The notes beneath the pieces were generated by a model, which made no database searches, was not told the DNA's origin, and saw only the letters and a program-made list of their open reading frames with translations. Positions 32,062 to 34,726 of a DNA stretch of 34,726 nt are shown piece after piece. Made by a program: the position numbers and the translations under genes. Positions within the stretch are counted from its first letter, which is position 1. Every line of letters starts with the position of its first letter. This DNA is from a virus: IMG/VR virus record IMGVR_UViG_3300045988_054439, one strand, 5' to 3'.

Positions 32062-33633
32062 TTATTCCGCGTTTTTTTCTTTTATTTTCTTGGTGATCTT
32101 GTCAAGCAGCGCCTGCAACTCCTCATCTGTCAAGGCGTCCAAGTCGTCATCCTGCCCGCTTCCGGTTGGCTCATTGCCTTGCTGGCCAACATCCTGCTCC
32201 GCCTGCTGCCCTGCCGGTTCTGCTCCATCAAGGGTGGGGTCGTCGTCAACCTCGATCCTGTCGCCCTCTTCGTCCCTCTTTCTCTTGATGATCTCATCCG
32301 CCTGGTCGCCGATACCCAGCAAGAAGCAGACCTGCTCGGTGATCGTTTCATTGTCCAAATACTCGGCAGCGGAAAGAACCATCTGCATTTCTTCGGATTG
32401 ATTTACAATCTTTGACCGCTTGAAACTGACATTGTCTGTAATTTCAGCAAGCTGCAAAATCTTTTCAACAAAGTTCGTCACGCAATACTCGAACATATCC
32501 GTCTTGCTGTCAAGAGGTTGATACGCCGCCCGGATTTCTGTGGCAGTTTTTGAGTTGGCCGAAATGTCGAGAACATTCAAGCACATAAAGTCCTCATACA
32601 GTCGCGCTTTGATTGTGGCTATCGCAGCGTCGGACGCGCTGATCGGCGCTTCCACTGTGTGGGCTTCAACCTGCGCGCCGTCGTCGTCGATGTGCGCAAC
32701 ATGCATTGTGCGCAGCCGCTCCAAGAACCGCTGGTCGTCCTCATCGTCCATTCCGCCAGCGTTTGTGATTGCCCAGTAAATCATGTTGCCCTCGTCGACA
32801 TTGTTTACGAGGTTGCTATTGATAAGGTCAAATGCGTCAAGCGTGCCCTGGCGTCCAACCAACTCCGACTGCTTCTTGTCGTTTCCATAAAGCGGAATGA
32901 TTGGAAATTCCGGGTAGTTTTCAAAGTCGTAAATCTCGGTTCCGTCAGCGATAGAGTGACGCACCTTCATCTTGTAAGCGGTCTTCGGCTGGATAATCAA
33001 GATCTTTTCGTTTGTACCCGTCGGGCTTAGGTATTCCGTGTAGCCGTCCACTTCATACAGTGTTGCCCGCAGCGGTTTATCATCTGCAAGTTGCCAAAAC
33101 CGAATGCCAGCCCGCAGCGCTCCGCTCTCCTCATCAAACAGCGGGACAAACTCCGTCACATCGAACACATCCAGGTGGTCAAGGTTCCAAAAGCCAAAAG
33201 CAACGCCACCAATCAAAGCAGACTTGCCGATCTTCTGCAATTGGTAGTCGAAGTCATAAGAACCGCCGTGCAGTTCGCCCTGTCCGCCGCCCAGCTTTTC
33301 CTTTGTCTTTTTGTCGCCGAAGATTGCACCGTTGCCAAGCAGGTACTGATTCTCCTGCGTGATTGCGAAGTTGAAAAAGTTGCTTGTGATCTTGTGATTT
33401 GGTGCCCATCTGTCAACATGAGCGTCACCCCACAAGTCATAGATCAACTTCTCGTAGTGCATTATTGTTGGGTTCAGTCCACGATAATACTCCCACGCCC
33501 GGCAAGCAGTCCGATAAAGCTGCCCGGCCTTGTGCTGGCGGATAGCCGAAAGGACAAACGCCTGCCGTTTGCCCTCAAATGCTCCGCACGCTTCAAGGTC
33601 TTGATAAGTCAAGTAAGTAGAAATTGTAACCAC
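32062..33633 (-). CDS. Portal protein (SPP1 gp6-like)
   Basis: 523 aa, between terL and the MuF-like gene, with an acidic C-terminal tail. The start (GTG 33633) is uncertain. Confidence 0.85.
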   Translation of the reverse strand: MVTISTYLTYQDLEACGAFEGKRQAFVLSAIRQHKAGQLYRTACRAWEYYRGLNPTIMHYEKLIYDLWGDAHVDRWAPNHKITSNFFNFAITQENQYLLGNGAIFGDKKTKEKLGGGQGELHGGSYDFDYQLQKIGKSALIGGVAFGFWNLDHLDVFDVTEFVPLFDEESGALRAGIRFWQLADDKPLRATLYEVDGYTEYLSPTGTNEKILIIQPKTAYKMKVRHSIADGTEIYDFENYPEFPIIPLYGNDKKQSELVGRQGTLDAFDLINSNLVNNVDEGNMIYWAITNAGGMDDEDDQRFLERLRTMHVAHIDDDGAQVEAHTVEAPISASDAAIATIKARLYEDFMCLNVLDISANSKTATEIRAAYQPLDSKTDMFEYCVTNFVEKILQLAEITDNVSFKRSKIVNQSEEMQMVLSAAEYLDNETITEQVCFLLGIGDQADEIIKRKRDEEGDRIEVDDDPTLDGAEPAGQQAEQDVGQQGNEPTGSGQDDDLDALTDEELQALLDKITKKIKEKNAE

Positions 33634-33648
33634 CCTTTCATCGTGTTG

Positions 33649-33888
33649 TTATTTGGCCACGCTCAAAATAAGCGGACTTTCTTTTTTGCCGATTTTTTTG
33701 CGTAAAATCGTATTCACAAAATATCGAATATCATCCATGCAGTTATGAACGATCAAGCCGCCGTTAACGGAAAAGTTGTGCGTGCCGATCACTTCCATGT
33801 TATACACGTCTTCATTTTGCACACTCTCGATTTTTAGCACCTTTACAAGATTGGCAGAACTTCGTTTTTTGGTACTTGTTCGCGACAT
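33649..33888 (-). CDS. terL: Terminase large subunit, C-terminal fragment: the split-intein C-half (49 aa) plus a 30-aa C-extein
   Basis: SD GGAGGGG and ATG 33888. Reads ...VYNMEVIGTHNFSVNGGLIVHN (Asn codon 33744-33742), then Cys+1 (33741-33739) and CMDDIRYFVNT. This completes the TerL nuclease motif ENDH-x-MDDxRY. Confidence 0.8.
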   Translation of the reverse strand: MSRTSTKKRSSANLVKVLKIESVQNEDVYNMEVIGTHNFSVNGGLIVHNCMDDIRYFVNTILRKKIGKKESPLILSVAK

Positions 33889-34444
33889 ATTCCCCTCCAC
33901 ACCTTTCACAGATTTTTGTCACATTGTCAAAGCCCATCTTCCTGCGATATGCAGATTTGCATTTGTTTGAGCAAAAGCGGTTTTTGTTCTCGCCATACGT
34001 TGCCTTTGTCTCAAATTCTTTTCCGCAGAAGGTGCAACGATAAGACTTCAAGGGCATATTTTTGAAAGTTTCGATTGCGTGTTGCGAGTGCCATTTTTTG
34101 CCCTCTTCGCTGCCATGCCATTTAGACGCTTTTGGTCTCGCATTTTTTGCGAGGTTTTCCCTCGCCCACTCTCGTCTTTCCTCGCTCCACGAACTGCCAT
34201 GCAAGTTAGAATGTTCTTTCGCTGTCATCAGCACAAGGTTTTCGATTTCGTTGTTGTTCTTATCAAAATTCTTGTGGTGAACGTTGTACCCCTTTGGGAC
34301 TTCTGAGCCGTTGTAATACTCCCACACATAAACGTGAAGCCGTTTGTGTGTTTTCGCATTCAAAAAATATCCGGTTTTCTTATCTCTGCGGAACGACAAG
34401 CCGTCAAAGCAAGCGAGATCGCCGTCGTCAACATATTGAACCAT
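33812..34444 (-). CDS. Free-standing HNH homing endonuclease (HNH_3 type) with tandem C-terminal zinc-finger repeats
   Basis: SD GGAGGA (34457-34452) and ATG 34444. HNH motif VHHKNFDKNNNEIENLVLMTAKEHSNLH. Two CxxCG...FCxxxCK repeats. Confidence 0.85.
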   Translation of the reverse strand: MVQYVDDGDLACFDGLSFRRDKKTGYFLNAKTHKRLHVYVWEYYNGSEVPKGYNVHHKNFDKNNNEIENLVLMTAKEHSNLHGSSWSEERREWARENLAKNARPKASKWHGSEEGKKWHSQHAIETFKNMPLKSYRCTFCGKEFETKATYGENKNRFCSNKCKSAYRRKMGFDNVTKICERCGGEYVANKYQKTKFCQSCKGAKNRECAK

Positions 34445-34489
34445 AGTTACATCCTCCGTGAATATTAATCTACAAATATTGTAGCGCAT

Positions 34490-34627
34490 TTAGTCCATAA
34501 TGTCAACGATTTTGCTTGATTGCGTTAGATATTTTGCCTTTACCCATCCTTTGTCGGTCAAAACTTTGTGATCTTCGGTGCATTTAATAACCTTGCCGTT
34601 TTCAAGCGTTATTTTCAAAATCGGTTG
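34490..34627 (-). CDS. terL: Continuation of the terL N-fragment: the last 45 residues of the split-intein N-half, plus the stop
   Basis: In phase with base 1 across the junction. Reads ...NQPILKITLENGKVIKCTEDHKVLTDKGWVKAKYL...IVDIMD then TAA (34492-34490). TEDH is intein block B. Confidence 0.8.
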   Translation of the reverse strand, partial: QPILKITLENGKVIKCTEDHKVLTDKGWVKAKYLTQSSKIVDIMD

Positions 34628-34726
34628 ATTTTTTTTTGTTCTTCTCACACCAAAAAACGGTCTTATACATTTCTTTTTCCGCTTCTCGTTGTAACTCCAA
34701 ACAAGACCGATTTTTCCAACAAGGTC
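34628..34726. repeat. Second copy of the 99-bp terminal repeat (identical to 1-99)
   Basis: Exact identity to the window start. Confidence 0.95.

Larger units (their letters stand above)
33742..34726 (-). mobile_element. Intein plus homing-endonuclease element inserted in the terL nuclease motif; continues at 153->1
   Basis: The two Hint-domain halves flank the HNH ORF. GC is lower than in the exteins (33-42% in hand-counted 60-nt lines). Confidence 0.8.

Noticed and set aside
33634-33648. An alternative upstream ATG for the portal gene (ATGAAAGGGTGG...).
   Set aside because: It is out of frame and terminates after about 10 codons. The in-frame GTG at 33633 or a slightly downstream start remains the best option, so the start coordinate is left uncertain.
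34628-34726. The 99-bp end repeat as a biological direct terminal repeat, or as a duplication of part of the intein.
   Set aside because: It is an exact copy, it sits at both extreme ends, and the reading frame runs continuously through a single copy. This argues for an assembly overlap of a circular or permuted genome. Counting it twice would duplicate 33 intein codons.

Overview
The window is a complete, circularly closed tailed-phage genome. Bases 1-99 are identical to 34628-34726, leaving 34,627 unique bp. The phage is siphovirus-like, and the host is probably a Firmicute or Clostridium-type bacterium; that host call is an inference from AGGAGG-type Shine-Dalgarno (SD) sites and TTGACA-17-TATAAT promoters. 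Almost all genes lie on the minus strand. Two early operons (16572->14792 and 12296->4219) start from near-consensus sigma-70-type promoters and carry the replication and recombination genes: Sak4-like ATPase, gp2.5/DUF669-like SSB, ERCC4 nuclease, MT-A70 methylase, dUTPase, CHC2 zinc finger and VirE primase-helicase. A late region (3903->1, wrapping to 34627->17032) carries a ParB-like gene, a radical-SAM gene, terS, terL, portal, MuF-like protein, scaffold, capsid, connectors, tail, tape measure, fibres, a lysis cassette and a small sigma-region-4-like regulator. The only plus-strand block (12498-14755) is a GC-rich five-gene accessory cassette. I found no integrase, repressor, tRNA or CRISPR array. 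The most notable observations are: (1) terL is a 'fractured' gene, with the two halves of a split intein separated by a free-standing HNH endonuclease ORF, and it spans the circular junction; (2) an AT-rich ParB-linker plus SPL-like radical-SAM module sits where phages usually carry a ParB-fused DNA methylase; (3) two paralogous non-coding modules are packed with CTACAA/TTGTAG heptamers around an AT-rich core; (4) a locus of two convergent, ORF-less, promoter-plus-terminator units probably encodes sRNAs, one with an anti-SD tract; (5) in-frame stop codons interrupt the 5' ends of the putative late regulator and the MT-A70 methylase. All family assignments come from motif recognition by eye. 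No database search, HMM or folding program was run.
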